Positions 61,318 to 64,000 of a stretch of DNA of 64,000 nt are shown piece after piece. The notes under the pieces were generated by a model. The model was not told the DNA's origin and did not search any database. It was given only the letters and a program-made list of their open reading frames with translations. The stretch's first letter is position 1, and the number at the start of each line of letters is the position of its first letter. Source of the stretch: Chiloscyllium plagiosum (Eukaryota); contig NC_057733.1 in the NCBI RefSeq assembly GCF_004010195.1, forward strand, positions 25,341,058 through 25,405,057. The letters are read 5' to 3'. A program made the position numbers and the translations under genes.

Positions 61318-62419
61318 AAACACCTTTGCCTGAGGCTGCAAGTGAATTCCACATGTATGGCTCCAGAGGATTCTGTTCTCTGGGAATCAGCCAGCCCCCC
61401 TGCTGTGATGTCCTGCCTCATTCTACAAGAGGACAGGTATGCAGTGATACTGCAGTGAGTCCTTTTAGCAGTGGAATGTTTAATCCTTGAGTTCCCAATA
61501 CATCATGAAAGCGAAAAAAAATGGAACTTATTCTTTTGTGGCTTTCTAACTTCCTCAAAGGTACATCCACAAAACTCTTTTGACTGTATCTCCCTCTTTA
61601 CAAAGAAAAAGTATCACGATTAAAAGTTCAATATGTCTATCTGTGATCTGGGGTTATGATCTGTGGTCATAACACTAATGCATCTGGTTGATAGAAATTC
61701 TAAAATTCCACCTATCAAAATGAAGGAATTTGGCACTCAGCTCTAGACTGATAGTAGCTAAAAATAGTTGTGTTTTTTGATGTGTATAAACCCTTTTAAG
61801 GTTCAGATAGTATTAACCAAATAGGCATTTTTTTTTCTAAATGCCTGAATTTGCCCTCTAAAAACACCCTTCATTCGTATGCATTCCCCAGGAGTCTGAT
61901 GAAACAATGACATAAATTCTACTCAAGCAATGTATTTTAGTTTCTTGATGTCTCTCTTGTTATAGATATATTATTAATTTATGAGACTATCTTAAGAATA
62001 ATATCCTAACTAACAAAAATAACCTAGAGAATGTCGATACATCTTTACAATTGCAACATATTATGAAAAAATGCACCTTGATAATCAAATTGTTGTAGTC
62101 TTAGCTTCTCCTCACAGCTTTTTGCAACATTTCAAAATGTAGCAAATCAGTGTCATTTTTAAGGCTGCAATAATAAATATTTTGGTCATTTGAGTAGCCA
62201 TAATGTGCACAAAATTTCACGTAAGCAACAATGGCTCATTTGAGAAGGTCTGGCTAACTGTAGTTTCAATTTCACACAAATCAAAAGCGTCATTATCAAT
62301 CACCTTGAACTGACTTCATTTTGTCTGTTTAGTTAAAATTTGGAAGAGAACACAATCCACTTTAATTTGAGTTTCAAGAGTTCCTTTTTAAAATTTATAT
62401 AATGAAACTTCCCTGAAGA

Positions 62420-62750
62420 TTTTTTTTTATTCATGGGATGTGGACATTATTGGCTAAACCAACATTTATCATCCATCCCTTAAAGGTCAACCATGTTGTT
62501 GTGGGTCTGGAGTTAAATGTAGGACAGACCAGGTAGGGATGGCAGATTTCCTTTCCTAAATGACATTAGTAAACTGAATGGGTTTTTACAACAATCATAG
62601 TAGCTAGTAAAATAGGATTTTAGTGCAGACTTATGATTTTGGATTCAAGTTTCACCACCTGCCATTGCAGGATTCAAACATATGCCCTCAGAACATTAGC
62701 CTGGAGTTCTGGATTACCAGTCCAGTGACATTAATTCTATGCTGTCTCCT
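62420..62750 (-). mobile_element. Deu-domain SINE (SacSINE1-like)
   Basis: Reverse complement of the core at 41895-42175 plus a tRNA-like head. Confidence 0.7.
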
Positions 62751-63019
62751 CTTCTGATGCCATTATCATCGTGATTTTCAATAAGAAATTTTAAAGTCAG
62801 TGTTCACAAATAATTCACGAATTATATAATGAAATTCCTGGATGGGAAATATATTTGAGTATTTTTCAAGACTATTTCAAACCCACCCTTTAATGAATAG
62901 TGTGAATGAATATTTCTGTCAGGTACTGACATTTATTCATAAAGGGCTACGGTATTTATCAGTTACAGAGGTTGTTCCAATATCAGGTTCAGAATGTTTC
63001 TTTCTCAGTACAAAGAACC

Positions 63020-63275
63020 ATCTCATTGCTGCAAAAAGGTTGCCAACATCATGAAAGACCCCTCCTACCCCTGTAATGCTCTCCTACAAACTCCTCCATC
63101 AGGCAGAAGATACAGAAGCTTGAACACACGCACCAACAGGTTCAAGAACAGCTTCTTCCCCGCTGTTATTAGACTGATGAATGAATTCTCTCACTTTGAA
63201 TTATGTTGATCTTGTTAATGCTGAGCTTGCTTTGTGCACCTCCTGTGCAGTGTAACCTGTATGCTTCATTCTGTC
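63020..63275 (+). mobile_element. Rex1/Babar-like LINE 3' end
   Basis: IMKDPSYPCNALLQTPPSGRRYRSLNTRTNRFKNSFFPAVIRLMN matches the DPSHP..LLPSGRRYRS..TRT.R..SFFP.AIRLLN C-terminus. Confidence 0.75.
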
Positions 63276-63277
63276 CA

Positions 63278-64000
63278 ATCTTTGAATTGTGAGAGGAAAC
63301 TGGAGCATTCAGAGAAACCCACACTGACATGGGAAAATGTGCATACTGCACACAGACAGTTGCCCAAGGGTGAAGTTGAACCCAGGTCCCTGGCACTATG
63401 AGGCAGCAGTATTAACCACTGAGCCACTGTGTTGAAATCCAGATCAGTGCATTTCTCCCTTTGAAGCTTTCCTGATACTTTCATAATAGGGTTCCTCCAC
63501 AGACTACCACTGAGGTGTTGAAGTATTTTTTCCACAAATCTGGTGACACAAGTTTCGGTATAACGGTAGAGGTTTTATTATCGGACAGCCGGCGAGAAAT
63601 TCTCAGTGACACCAAAGGATTCATGTAGCCTACTCGTGGTAGCACTTCTCAATGAATCTCTGCCTTACACACGAAGGCAGGATATTTTGTAGAAGTAATA
63701 CAGGGGTCGACAAGTCACACGGTTGATTGTTGTTACATTGTTTAAGACAGGTAATTACAATTTTACAATGCCCGGTGATTGCTGATTTCCTGTGATACCT
63801 AGCAAATGGTTTACAGGGACTGGTTATCATATTCTTTATAACCATATGTTGATGGATAGAGATTTAGATAGAAAGACTTTGCTTTGTTCTCTAGGTTGGA
63901 TTAACTTGCCTACATTAATAGGAAGAGGAAGCATGACAATGGATACGCAAGGCAGTTAATAAGGTTATGGCCAAGGCTATAAGTCTTGTCCAGGGAGGAC
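63278..64000 (+). repeat. Direct duplication, copy 2 (continues beyond the window)
   Basis: Near-identical to 60595-61317; begins inside a SINE body. Confidence 0.95.

Noticed and set aside
60595-64000. LTR pair of a retrotransposon
   Set aside because: No TG..CA ends, PBS or gag/pol between the copies; the repeat starts inside a SINE.
1-64000. CRISPR array or prokaryotic-type defence system
   Set aside because: Eukaryotic intron- and retroelement-rich DNA with no regularly spaced repeat-spacer array or operon-like ORFs.

Overview
Repeat-rich vertebrate genomic DNA, almost certainly from a shark or other elasmobranch (HE1/V-SINE-type and Deu-domain SINEs, many CR1 LINEs), with two N gaps. 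One host protein-coding gene can be reconstructed by hand. It is a four-coding-exon CD7-like receptor on the + strand (21085-21151, 30005-30343, 34405-34547, 36003-36104; 216 aa). The protein has a signal peptide, a V-set Ig domain with GxYLR, a Cys-rich stalk, a TM helix and a cytoplasmic YEDM motif. The rest is mostly decayed mobile DNA: a near full-length CR1 (esterase ORF1 plus APE/RT ORF2), many CR1 fragments, Tx1-, RTE- and Rex1-like 3' ends, two Tigger-like MITEs and Harbinger-like Myb remnants. There are at least three Penelope-like element (PLE) families carrying minimal hammerhead-ribozyme cores. One family occurs as TSD-flanked fold-back insertions from 1.8 kb down to about 160 bp. 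Also seen: a recent ~2.7-kb-period direct duplication at the right end, a 126-bp inverted duplication, a tRNA-Pro-like relic with an intron-position insert, and weak splice signals for a minus-strand non-coding transcript. Repeat boundaries are approximate unless TSDs are given. Family names come from recognition, not from database searches.
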